This document shows positions 51,090 through 64,000 of a DNA stretch of 64,000 bases, one piece after another. Source of the stretch: Lama glama (Eukaryota); contig CM052817.1 of NCBI GenBank assembly GCA_028534125.1, positions 70,434,001 through 70,498,000 of the forward strand, read 5' to 3'. The translations under genes were made by a program, and so were the position numbers. Under the pieces are notes generated by a model. The model did no database searches. It saw only the letters and a program-made list of their open reading frames with translations, and was not told the origin of the DNA. Every line of letters begins with the position of its first letter. Within the stretch, counting starts at the first letter, position 1.

Positions 51090-51915
51090 CACGCTGATAG
51101 GGCCCTGGAATACCTTCCTGAAAGAAGGTGCAGCTGAAGCTCAGAGGTAATACCCTGCAAGAATGGGGTGCCATCCTTCAGAATGCAGTTCTATTCAGGG
51201 ACCTCTGCAAGGCACTGTGTCCCAGTAGGATCCTGGATCTAACGGGTGAAAGCAGGAATGGCCCCATTGCCATCAACCACTTAGTGGAGAATTTTGTTCT
51301 TGCCATTCCCACAACTTCGGAATCTGCAGGGTTGCAGGCCCTGGTGCCCCAAAGGGTGCACTTTTGCCAAGGGACAAAGCAGGAGTCCTATTAAAAAACA
51401 AGATACAACTGACACCTGAGCACCTTGGACTCGCTGCGTCTAGGAAGCAGCCGGTGGTCACTGTACTGGCGGGATTAGTAAATCATGGTCAGCAGGAGGA
51501 GGTAGGGCGCTGTTCCCCAGCGGGGGAGCGGAGGCGGGAACATGCGTGGAACTCAGACGCTATGCTAGGTGTCCCGTGGTACTCCTTGCGTAATAGAAAC
51601 TGTAAATGGACAAGAGCCTCAGCCCTGGCCTGAAGAGGGCCTGGCTGCCAGGGCTCACACTCCTTAGGAATGAGGGCTTGGCTCACACCACTACCAGGGC
51701 AGCCGGAGGTCAGAGCTGAGGGTGAGCGGCACTTTCACAGTAGAGGAGGGTGGGGAGGGTATAGCTCAAGTGGTAGAGTGCCTCCTTAACACGCACAAGA
51801 TCTCGGGTTCAATTCCCAGGACTTCCTCGAAACATGAATAAATAAACCTAATTACCCCCCCCCCCCATAGTAGAGGAGGGAGATGATGAGGACCAGTTGT
51901 GGCCCTGAGACTCTT
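51090..51915 (+). mobile_element. ERVL internal remnant (ERV3-16A3-like)
   Basis: QLKLRGNTLQEWGAILQNAV and ESAGLQALVP resemble ERVL integrase-end motifs; abuts an LTR16-like LTR. Confidence 0.7.
51751..51868 (+). mobile_element. vic-1-like SINE inserted in ERVL internal sequence
   Basis: TSD AGTAGAGGAGGG at 51739-51750 and 51869-51880; ends in a C-run rather than poly(A). Confidence 0.9.
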
Positions 51916-51979
51916 TGAAGTGACAGGAGTCGGAGTTTGCTCCATGAACCTCACTCAGGAGGAGAGAGCCATGGGAACC

Positions 51980-52455
51980 ATCGAAGAGCGTCTCCCCACG
52001 ACACGGGGGCAAGCGGATCCACGCCGCACCGTGCGTGAGCTGTGGCAGGCCTGGGTGGGCTGCTCAGCCCTCCCTTCAAGTGGGAACCTGTGGTGAGGAG
52101 GGCGGTCGGCTGGCCGACTCCAGCCACGGCAACTCCAAGATCCACCGAAGCTGGGTGCGTCCTCCCCGGGAGCTCCCCGCCAGCGAGTCACACCTGCGCC
52201 TGCAGACCGGCCCGGCACCGGAGCTCCCCGACCTGCTGGCGGACTTCCCAGGGCTGCACCTCCGTCTGTGGCTCTCCCTCCTCAAGTCTCCTTTCTGGTT
52301 CCTCTCCTTTCACGGACGTCAGGCCAGAAGTGTGTCCTGGTGAGCCCTTTATCTTCCATAGGCATCACCCCCCTATCCATCTCTGGCACTTCTGCCTTGG
52401 TGTTAGCTGGATCTTGGGGCTCTATCTTGAGTTCCAGGGGACCCAAACTGACACA
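51980..52455 (+). mobile_element. LTR16-like ERVL 3' LTR (CpG-rich)
   Basis: ggacttcccagggctgcac...ggctctccct...cctctcctttcac...ggacccaaactgacaCA. 5' boundary approximate. Confidence 0.7.
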
Positions 52456-52572
52456 GCCTCTATTTTGACACCACAGAAATGAGGCAGCTCTCAGGAACCT
52501 CACACACAGGCCGTCTCTGTTGTGTTGAGGAAGGAGTCACTTATTTCTCTCTCCTTCTTATAAAAATCTAAT

Positions 52573-52760
52573 TCTGGGGAAAGGGGAGGGAGGGATAAAT
52601 TAGGAGTTTGGGACTGACAGATATACACTATTGTATCTAAAATAGAGGAACAACAAGGACCTTCTGTATAGCACAGGGAACTGAATCGCTTTGCTGTACA
52701 CCTGAAACTAACATAGTAAACCAACCACATTTCAATAAAAGTTTTAAAAAATTTAAAAAA
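52573..52760 (+). mobile_element. L1 3' end
   Basis: agggataaattaggagtttggga...tatagcacagggaac...ctttgctgtacacctgaaactaac...tcaataaaa. Confidence 0.8.
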
Positions 52761-53826
52761 CACTAATTTTTATGTAATGAAGAAGAGTGGAATATGTTGA
52801 AGAGCAAAGCCTTACTTTTCTATTTTCTATTCCTTATACTTGGAGAACTCAGAACACAACTCTGGGTCTTCTCCTTCCTGTCATGAACAGTAAGAGGAGA
52901 CAGGCACTTTCTGAGAAGCCCCCGGGGGAACGCTCACAGGTGGGCTGAGCTGGGGCATGGCGAAAGGCCTGACTGTCTTGGAATTATCTTGTTCCCTAGG
53001 ACCAAACCACAGAGACCTCTTGACTCTCTCCTCTTCGCCAGCTCCTGGGTACCAATCTCAGCGCTATCCAGTTTGGATCCACAGTCAGTTACATGTTAAT
53101 AAAGAGACCTTGCATTTTTCACGGCATTTTAAGTTTATGACAAACTCAGAAAGACAGCTTTTTACATTTAATTTTCTTCCCAACATCTTTCTCAGCTATA
53201 TTGAAACAGCCACAGCAAAATTATTTCTTTTTTTTGCAGAACAAAAACCAAAACACAAAGTTTAATAACCATTAGGAGAGCAACAGGGATAATGGAAAGT
53301 CAAGAAAGTCAAATTTCTTCCACTTTCTTCCGCCAAGTGGATGTTTCGTGGAACCAGCACGTTTAACGACAGGCTCGTACCGTTCAGGTTTCCTCACTTC
53401 CCTTTGCCAATCTCTGGCTAGAAACGTGTATATCTCTGTGTGTGAGAGCGGTGTGCACAGGCGATCAACTCGATGAGAAGAGGAAGATGGTAAGTGACTT
53501 GACAAGGTGACACCGTCTTGAGTAGCCAGGACCCAGGTCTCCTGACTGAATGGTGCTTTGGCTCCCGCTGCTGCTCCAGCCGCATGTTTGAGTGTTTCTG
53601 GGTGTATTCCTGTTCCCTCCCCCAACCCCCAGCCCCAGTCCCTGCAGGATCATGAGTAACCTCGTTCCCCAGCAGAAGCCCAAATTATTCACACATTTCT
53701 ACATATTTGCTGCATGTGATTTTTCCCAAATGGCTTTGATTTTGCCACTCCAACCCTAATATTCTCTGCAAGAGAAGAGTAAACACTTTTCTAGTAAAAT
53801 TTTTTTTGGTTTACATCACCTTCTAT

Positions 53827-53832
53827 TTTATT
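53827..53832 (-). terminator. ETNPPL probable polyadenylation signal
   Basis: AATAAA on the - strand about 410 nt after the stop codon. A proximal AATAAA lies at 54111-54116. Confidence 0.6.
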
Positions 53833-54238
53833 ATAGTCCATAAATATGTATAAATTAAATCATTAAAGAATTCATATCTTATGGCACTAACTCTTTCAAG
53901 TTCAGGAACCTACTGTACTTTGCTCTTTACATTCAAACATGAGAAGTAAAACTGCCAACATTAAGTCAATATTCGATGTGACGCTGAAATTTAGTAGAAT
54001 AAACAAAGAACTTTCAGGAATCTCAGGTCAGGAATTAGGCTAGAGGCTGAGCTAATAATCTTGACATGGTTTGATTATCATTTGGGTTATTCTTATTACT
54101 CATTTACCTTTTTATTTACACATCTGAGTGGAATGCAAATTCTTCCTTTAGAGGGTTCAGGAGAGCTATTAACAGAAGGGACCTGTCCATTCATTCTCTG
54201 TAACTCTGCTCATTTATGTCTCTGCACATTGCATCCTC

Positions 54239-54412
<174 letters not shown>

Positions 54413-55405
54413 CTACCCAGCCGCCAGCCTCCGCAGGGCTGACTCCCCAGGCCAACAGGTGACATGGCACACAGGAGAACATAGCACAACACAGCACAAC
54501 ACTGTCAGCTGTTCCTCCCCAACCCTGATTGGTATCATCCAGTATCTTCCATAGAAATCTGAAATGCGATGTCGACATAAAATTTGGGACTCTAAGCCAA
54601 AACTTCAGAAACATGTGCTAACTTTGCTAACCCCAAAGTGGGACTTCCAGTGATGAACTCCCTTTTGTGTAAGCTTTGTCTAATGCTTGCTCAGTTCTGA
54701 CAGCTGTGATTCCGTCCTAGACCCCACAAGTCATGCTGAGAACAGCAGACAGGAATTGATTTCTAGCACTGGTTTGTGCTGTACCAAGAGACAGAAGCAT
54801 TCTGCTAGCAAATCATTTGCTTTCAAAGGGCCTAAAGTTTTTCAATCAAGAAAGGGACTCTGTTGACTACACTGGATGAGCAGGCGGGCTGGAGGCACTG
54901 AGTGTTCCTTTATGCATCGAAGTCATAAACAAATAACAAATTATGCAACAAAGCCTCTCAAGTTTTTGCCTTGCAGTTTCTGACCCCGGGAGCGCTTTCT
55001 CACACCCTGGGCAGCTCAGGGAGAGAATGGAGAAGCCTCTGCTGGAAGCACATCAAATGCAGAAACTAGGCCACTCCGTGCCAGATGGTTCCCAGGCCCC
55101 GGCTGCCAGTCAGGGTTTATACTTCACTTCACTTCAGCACCACACTCTGGTGTTCCGGAGCCATGCTGCCGATGCTTTTGCTGATTAGAGACAGTGTGTG
55201 AGACTTCGAGGCAGGGTCAGGTGGCCCTCCGACACAAAGGAAGGGGCTCAGGACATTTGGTATCATCTCTCTATGTATTTTGAAGGCCCCCTTTGCAACC
55301 TTGAGGGGTCTTTTTTGGTTTTGGAGTTTTTTGTTCTTGTTTTTTTGGTATGGGAATAATCCTGTACAAATGGTCCTTTGGCTTTATTCCTTTCGAGTGG
55401 TATGA

Positions 55406-55540
55406 GGGGAGAGGGTATAGCTCAGTGGCAGAGCACATGCTTAGCATGCATGAGGTCCTGGGTTCAATCCCCAGTACCTCCTCTAAAAATAAATAAAACT
55501 AATTACCTCGCCATCCCCAACAACAACAACAAAACAGATT
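55406..55540 (+). mobile_element. vic-1-like SINE (ETNPPL intron 12)
   Basis: Full head and body, (CAA)n tail, TSD AGTGGTATGA at 55396-55405 and 55545-55554. Confidence 0.9.
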
Positions 55541-55725
55541 GTCAAGTGGTATGACACTTAACTTGAAATTTAATTCTGCACTCAAAACTGCAACAATAAG
55601 CCAACTCTAGCAAAGGTGCATTTTACTCTAAAGGTCATTGTAAAATTTTTAAAAATTTGCATTCTTTTTTCTTAAATTCCCCCAGTTTTGAACATCTCCC
55701 TAAATATTAAGTAACAGACTCTTAC

Positions 55726-55793
55726 CTTGGTTCTGCATGGAATATTCTCAGTGATAACACTCTCAGTTTTATCTCCGATGGCTTCTTCTAAAC
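55726..55793 (-). CDS. ETNPPL: ETNPPL coding exon 12
   Basis: Acceptor ttgatatAG, donor AAG|GTAAGA. 68 bp encoding (G)LEEAIGDKTESVITENIPCRTK; phases fit exons 11 and 13. Confidence 0.93.
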
Positions 55794-55896
55794 CTATATC
55801 AAGGAAGATACAATGGGTAAGACAGAAAAACATAAAAATTAAAAAAAAAAGCATTTTGGTAACTATAGGAATACCCTTAACAAAGAACAGAGTTGT

Positions 55897-56019
55897 GGGG
55901 GGTATATATAGCTCAGTGGTAGAATGCATGCTTAGCACGAACAAGGTCCTGGGTTCAATTTCCAGTACTGCCACTGAAAAAAATTTAAAAAATAAATAAA
56001 CTTTAAAAATTATTATTAA
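55897..56019 (+). mobile_element. vic-1-like SINE (ETNPPL intron 11)
   Basis: TATAGCTCAGTGGTAGAATGCATGCTTAGCA...GGTTCAATTTCCAGTAC plus A-rich tail. Confidence 0.87.
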
Positions 56020-56143
56020 AAACAGAATAGGGAGGTACCTGTGTTTTAAAAATGTCACTATTAAAATAGCTGCTTTTAAACTTTAAAAAAATTCTTAATT
56101 GAATTACATTTTTTAAAATTGAAAAATGAATGGTAGAGATGGC

Positions 56144-56235
56144 TTTTTTTTTTTAAACTGGAGGTACTGCAGATTGAATCCAGGACCTCACACATGCTAA
56201 GCACACACTCTATCACTGAGCTATACTGCCTTCCC
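56144..56235 (-). mobile_element. vic-1-like SINE (ETNPPL intron 11)
   Basis: Reverse-complement head and body with poly(T) on the + strand. Confidence 0.87.
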
Positions 56236-57168
56236 TTAGACTTTCATTGTAGCATTTCATCATTGCTGAAGCTGTGTTAGCTCTGCTTCACTCACTTTAT
56301 TCAAAAAAAAATTATTCAGCCCCACCATTAAAAATGCTCAAGCTCTGAGATGATTTTTAAGTAATAGTGACAGATTTGCACCAACCCATACTCTCTTCCG
56401 CCTGGCCTTTCACAGGACCGGAGGAAACACAGGTGTGTGAGGAACACTGGCCAGGTTAGGGTGTGAGCGTATTCTTGGTCCAAAGACAGTGATGGTACTG
56501 CTAATAACTTGGGGCTGACTCTCAAGTTTCCAAATATTAATGATCTATGTTGTATGCTGTACAGATTCCTGGCTTATCAGCCTTTTCCTAACCCTAAGAG
56601 GCTGAAGAGGAGCAGAGAAGTAGGATCTTAAAAACATAACTAAAGCAACATCAAAAATACTCTAACATTTGACAGAGCTTTATGTTTTTTCAATATGGTT
56701 TTACAAACATTGCTACCTTTACTTTCTAATCTCAATTTATGCTCATAACAGAAAAACAAATTAACCTAATCATTTAATGTAAGTAAACAAAAGATAAATT
56801 CCTATGACAGGCTATAATTCTGAATGACAAACAAAAGTCTTCAAAAATTAAATTGTAATAAGTGAAATATACACAAAGTCAAATGATTCAGCATAAAGCA
56901 AATAACTGTTAACCCACAGCCAATAATTTTTATTAATAATGTTTCATATATTTTCATGATACAAAGCTGAAGGACTACACTGCCAGCATTTGTGGTGCAG
57001 AGCACAATAAAGACAGGCAGGTTTTTTTAAAAAGTGAAAATACGTAATAATATAAACGTACACATTCATTTCCACCCTCCTTCATTTCTGCCACGAATAG
57101 CAAAACACACTGTCGTGCACGACCAGGGTAAGGGTTGGGCAGCAGGGGGCGGGGGAGCTTCTACTTTA

Positions 57169-57363
<195 letters not shown>

Positions 57364-57552
57364 TCAGAAGGATGTGAACAGCAGAGCAGTTTAGTGTTTG
57401 CATGCAAGAAGCCCACATTTACAAATTGCTCAGACTTTTTAAACTTTCCTTATTTGGGGAGATGAGAGGAAATAAAAGAAGCATTCAAGTGGGTGGGCAT
57501 CTTTCAAGCCGAGATACCAAATGAGATACCAAACGGGTGAGGGGTGCATTTA

Positions 57553-57705
<153 letters not shown>

Positions 57706-58263
57706 TCAGTTTGATTTGAAGCTGAATGTGATTCTCTTTAAAGCGTAATTGTTACTGATTCTAATTAATCCAAGGTACCAATCCAGTGTCCACAGGACTT
57801 CCTATAGTTTTTGAATCAAGCTAGTTTTTCCATCCATTTTTTTCTCCAGTTAATTATAAAAGGAAAAGGCTTAAAAACAACATTGTCATGTTATTTAGCG
57901 TCTCAGGACACTCATGATGATAAATCTCTAATGTCTATATGTATACTTATATGAAAAATATCGAGTTTTCTTAGATGTCGTTTTAAATAATTTTTCATAG
58001 ATCATTTAGAGTTACTTTAAGTTCCTTCTTTTCATCCTTTAGCTGCTGAGATTATCCCGGCTTTATTTTTTCAAAAAAGTATAAAAGTCAGGAAAGATAT
58101 ATACCCAAATTTAATGGTGGGTTAGATATAGATACCTGGGTTCTGGATTAAAGATGAGGGTTGTTTTTTGCTTTTCAGTGTTTTCTACATTCAGTTTATA
58201 AGATAAAATATAATCAATTTTCGTTTGGACAAATGACTACACGACAACTCCATGGTAAATCTA

Positions 58264-58458
<195 letters not shown>

Positions 58459-59306
58459 TTAGTGGTATTGCTTCATTTATGAGAAATTTGGCTTATACAT
58501 AAATAAAGATATAATTTTAATAAAATTTTCCCTTGTTAAGGGCACTAAGCTATTAGTTCCTTAGATTTAGAATATAGCGTGATTCTATTCATTTAGGATT
58601 GAGAATATAATTTCAAATTATATATATATATATATAATATGCTGCATAACTGGTATGAGGGACTATTGGGGAATTTATTAGTTCATCCAAACCAAAACCA
58701 GACATTGTGTTGGGAATTAAGGATTTCAGAGTGTGGTTTAGTTAGGGGGATATGGGTTTCAGCCCTTGAATAGCTGTGTGAAAAAAGTTAAGCAATGACA
58801 TTTTCTCCAAATAATTTATGTCCTTAGATTTGAATCTTACTTTTAGCTGTTACAAGTCCTAGTCTACATACTGCAAAAACGATAATAATCTTTCCAAGCT
58901 TAAGGCTTATAACTTTTGTGGGTAAAACCAAGGAAATAAAATTTCCCAAAGATAGAAATTTAGTATCTCCTATGACAGTCATGTAACATTTATAGTATTG
59001 AATCATCTAAACGCTTTAGAAGGGTTTTGGGAATTTAAATGTGATACAAAACAAAAAAGATCATATCATCTGTTAATGAAATATCCTAACCTCCAGAGTT
59101 TAGCAGGGCAGCCATCTATCATTGGAACAATGAATAGGAACAGGAAAGATACACAAGGGAAAGTACAAGAATTGTGCCAGATAGAATGAAATATGGCTAG
59201 AATCAACATTTGGCTAGGGTCTTAGGGTGGTTACCTGGCAATAGTGAGATTTATTCTTTACTACATTGGCAAGAAGAACACACATTATTTTTCCATCTCA
59301 GCATTA

Positions 59307-59573
<267 letters not shown>

Positions 59574-60115
59574 CTAATGCCTTCAGGCTCCTGAGAGTCC
59601 CCAAACCCTCCCATAGAGATACAGATTATTGAGGACTTAAAAAAATGCTGTTCACCTGAAGTCCGTAATCTTTGTTACAAACACATTTCAGTGTTCAGAT
59701 CCCCAATGACATCTACGTGATGCCACTGACTTTGCAATACAATCACTTCATTTCTAGATTAGAAATGAATAGAATATATTCAACATTGTTTGGGTTTGTG
59801 CTGCTTAAATAAGCTCTACTGCAGTATTTCAAGTGGGAAGAGAAAGAAGTGAACAAGAAGTAGTGTTTAGCAGGGTTAATCTTCAGATTTTCACTAATTA
59901 GTAAGGCTTGGACACCAACCAATCAGAGAGATGCCATGTGTGTAGTGGAGCAGAGTCCTGGAGGCCCCTCTGCTGGACCATGTGCAAACCCTTTACTTGC
60001 TGGATCTTGGGAAGGAGGAGGGGTTCCAGGAGTCCTGGGGGGCAGGCACTCCAAAGTGGCTATTTACCAGCCTGTCTGGAAGGACTTCAATATTTTAACA
60101 ACCAGGATGGCTCTA

Positions 60116-60253
<138 letters not shown>

Positions 60254-61567
60254 CTATACAAGAGAAGATGGGGTCAAAGTCCATTAGGTCCCCCTCCCAT
60301 ACCTCCTAAAAAAGAGGACTTCTTAGAGAGCAAGTGATTTAAAAAATGATTGGGAATGGACCTGTGGCAAGAGGCAAACTGGCCATTTGATTAAAAAGAA
60401 AAGAATAGATGTCTGTGCTGAAAAAGCAACTGATCTGAGGCATTAGTTTCCGAAATGTTAGGGTACCAATGAAACCACCATGAGAAATGGTGGAGACGGC
60501 GCCTTCCATTTCTCCATAATTAATTTAAATGCAGTGTGTTCATTAGGATCAACTGAATAAGACTGATGTTTTGAACAGTCTCTGATATGAACTTCTAAAA
60601 AATTACCCAGGTTCTACACTTACTACTGTAGTGCCTGTTTCCTCAGCATGCTGAATTAGGGCTGCCCGAGCCCAGAATTTGCACCAAGGAGATAGGACTG
60701 TGACTTGTGGCCACAAACCTTAATTATTATGCTGTATGTCTGGTTCTTGCCCTGAACCAGGCTTAACTTAACAGAATTAGGCAATTCACAGTAGAACTAC
60801 TTCGTTCTAGAAAGAAGAAAATAGAAAACAGGTAACACTAAATTAAAGAGGGAAAGCACAGACACAGTATGAGGTAAGTGGTCAAGAGAACCAAGGTTCT
60901 AGTCTAAACTACGTCCATTAAGATATGCAAAACAAATGGGATAGGAAAAAAAAGAACGGTTAAGAAATGCAAAGACTCTCCAGTCATTAAGATAGAAATA
61001 TTTGAATCAGAAAACACAAAGTCTTCATTTTTATCTCAGTTAAGATTTTTTATTGCCATGTTGATGCAATAAGCCAGTTTAAAGGCAAAGCATGTGTCAA
61101 ATCACATTCAAACTCTGAGTAAGTAACCCCTAAATGGGCTGAATATTTAACGTTAAGCTGTAGACAGTAGGGTGAAGACTGAGAAAATGGAAACTCTTTT
61201 TCCTATTTAGGAGGATTCTGGTTTGTCTTAGAAGCAGGCCCAGGCTGGAAGAGCATTTTCCTGCCTTGGCTTACCCAGGCTGCATGGCTTCAGGAAAGCT
61301 GAACCGGTTCTAGGGAGGTGTCAGGGCTCCCCGGATCTGGGAGCCTGCACTGGTCCTAAGACCCCAGGGCCACTCTGCCTCTTCCCTTTCCCACCTTGTA
61401 TTAGCCCCCGTGCTACTCTCAGTTGGAATTTTCTGTCTTTTTTAATTCTTTCCCCTATCCCTTTGGACCAGAGTCTGCCTCCCACTGGGAAGGTCAGCAT
61501 TAGACCACCAGTTCTCGAACAGGCATAGTAATTGCATTTCCAGGATAAATTAAAATAGATGGTCTTA

Positions 61568-61867
<300 letters not shown>

Positions 61868-62741
61868 TCAAAAGTAACAGCATCTCATGATTTGCCTCTT
61901 GGACAAATGAGCGTTTTAAAAAAGGCACTTCCCCACAAGAGCGTATCAGAAAGATGATCTGGGGATTTAAGTGACTCTAGGTTCTTTTGCTCTTTTTCCT
62001 TAACATTTCTGAATTCTGTGAGAATTGATATCTTTGTCCCAAGAACAGGAGCTTGGATTTGCTCCTAGACTCTTATAAGTGAAGACTGCATCCCTATTCA
62101 CATAAGGAACAAATGCAAACAAGTGTGATTATATTATTTGAAAATTTCAATGAATGGGAACTACTAACTATCCTATATTGAAAATAAACCAACACTTACC
62201 AACTATATAGCAGGCTGTAATCATTCAGAAAACTAGAGTGCTTTGGCACTAATTTCAGATCTTAAAATTTTGGAGGAAAGTATTAATAATTCTCTTTAAA
62301 AAGTCTACTGATCCTTAATTAAGCCAAATGAGTTTTACTAATTCAACTATTTGATTGATTTCTTTATTTCATTTATGATTTACTTTACTTAATAAACCTA
62401 TATAATAATTTAGCAGAGAGTAATTTAATTTTAAGACAGTCACACACACTTGATGCAACTCTGAATTTTGACCTGATTTCAGTGATAGAAAAAATAATTA
62501 AAGATCAAGGGGCCAGAAAAATAAAATGATAGCTGTAAATAACAGCTATTGCTACGACTATACTAATTTGCCCATTATGATACTCATCGATGAATTTCAA
62601 ACCACCTCCTGTCATTAACTAGCTCTTTGACTATAGCACGCCACACAACTGCTCTAGATCTGAGTTCCTTTTCATGGTTTCATTTCAAAGAAAGCACTGG
62701 ACTGGATTACCATTAGGCACTCTTCTAGTCCTAACATTCTA

Positions 62742-62948
<207 letters not shown>

Positions 62949-63369
62949 TCAACATTGGTGCCAGATTTAACTATATGGAAGCTAATATTTCATAAGTCTG
63001 GCCATTAATTTGTCCAGCTCTCCTGATTCATGTAATAAAACACATAGAAATCCAAGTATGTATCCCCATAGACAGCTACTTTTCAGCAGGGAAAAAAACT
63101 TAATTTCTTTGGATTGTATTAGATCTGCTAAATTAGATTGTCTAAATGTAAAAAAATTATTTTCTATAGCTTCATGAGAAACTTATCTATATATTCTTTA
63201 AATGTATTTGATAGTTACATTCTAGTAAGTTTTAAAAACAACTTTATATCATGGAATGGGCTGTGTTTCTGTTTGGGACGGTTTCTAAAAGATGTCCAGT
63301 TGCACATATTGGGCAAATGCAAGTTGGTCAGGAACAGGAGGAGTCTTTTCAAAAAGAAGGAAGATTGAA

Positions 63370-63472
63370 GGGGTGGGTATATCTCAGTGGTAGAGCATAT
63401 GCTCAGCATGTGCAAGGTCCTGAGTTCAATCCCCACTATCTCTATTAAAAACAAAACAAAATAAAACAAAAC
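63370..63472 (+). mobile_element. vic-1-like SINE (ETNPPL intron 4)
   Basis: tRNA-like head, (A4C)n tail, TSD GAAGA(T/C)TGAA. Confidence 0.87.
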
Positions 63473-63589
63473 GAAGACTGAATGGTGATCAAGTGGCTAG
63501 GAAATTCCTTTCTCTCACTTAAAATACAGGTGGCTATGATATTCTCTTTTATGTGTCTTGCCCAGAGGTATATAATTGGAAGATCTGGA

Positions 63590-64000
63590 AAAGAAATTAT
63601 AAATGGCCCATGAACAGATAAAGCAAAGAGGGAGGACTTCCCCTACTATAAATTAAAACATGCTACAAAGCCATAATAATGAAATTAGTCTGGCATTGGA
63701 ATAAGAACAAAGAAATGACTGGGATAGCAGGCGAGCTCAGAGACACAGCCATGCATAATGGTAACACAGTGGCCTCCAGGTGGATTCAATATGAGGAGTT
63801 ATTATAAAAGTAGTGGAAGAAAATGAGGAAGAGCATGTTTCTGATCTGGGGGCTGGGAATGGGTGTCAAGGAGAGAGATATTAACAAAACTTAGAAAATG
63901 CAAACCATGAGATGAAAATGGCAACAATCTGATTTAATCAAATGGAAGATTTTTGTTGAAGGATATCATGAAGAAAGTTAAAAGACAGATGATAGATTGT
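63590..64000 (+). mobile_element. Old L1 ORF2 fragment
   Basis: ggaggacttcccctac...ctacaaagccataataat...tggcattggaataag; runs off the window end. Confidence 0.55.

Noticed and set aside
51899..52503. Many overlapping 60-146 aa ORFs
   Set aside because: Explained by the high GC content of the LTR; no recognisable protein.
55283..55318. Hairpin plus T-run resembling a bacterial/T7 intrinsic terminator
   Set aside because: Short partial resemblance inside a mammalian intron with no flanking vector sequence; chance.
55406..55480. tRNA-Ala-like sequences (this and about 10 other copies)
   Set aside because: They have SINE bodies, A-rich tails and TSDs and lack a proper acceptor stem, so they are SINEs, not tRNA genes.
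60475..60514. Two mutually exclusive short hairpins (7 and 9 bp) in ETNPPL intron 6
   Set aside because: Stems this short occur by chance and lie away from splice sites.
62530..62550. 8-bp inverted repeat ATAGCTGT/ACAGCTAT
   Set aside because: Chance-level in AT-rich intron.

Overview
This is mammalian genomic DNA, most likely from a camelid, judging from about 11 copies of a tRNA-derived vic-1-type SINE. Two known genes sit tail-to-tail, as in other mammals. OSTC (DC2) is on the + strand: exons 2-4 at 3783-9850 plus the 3'UTR to about 10410, with exon 1 upstream of the window. ETNPPL (AGXT2L1) is on the - strand: nine coding exons (5-13 by human numbering) at 62856-54239, with exons 1-4 beyond the window end. 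All splice sites are GT-AG, phases join correctly and no premature stops are present. The ~43 kb between the genes is mostly old and recent transposable elements (L1, L2, MIR, MaLR/ERVL/ERV1 LTRs, hAT MITEs) and includes a 500-N scaffold gap. I found no new multi-gene system. The best leads are: (1) a poly(A)-tailed, TSD-flanked retrocopy of an unidentified LTR-containing transcript nested in a composite L1 insertion (25.9-26.4 kb); (2) an unusually CpG-rich LTR16-like LTR pointing at the ETNPPL 3' end; (3) an orphan promoter-like CpG patch with a splice donor at 40.5 kb; (4) inverted SINE pairs around ETNPPL exon 12 and OSTC exons 2-3; (5) a possible decayed coding remnant in OSTC intron 3. 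Repeat family names and boundaries come from recall of consensus sequences and are approximate.
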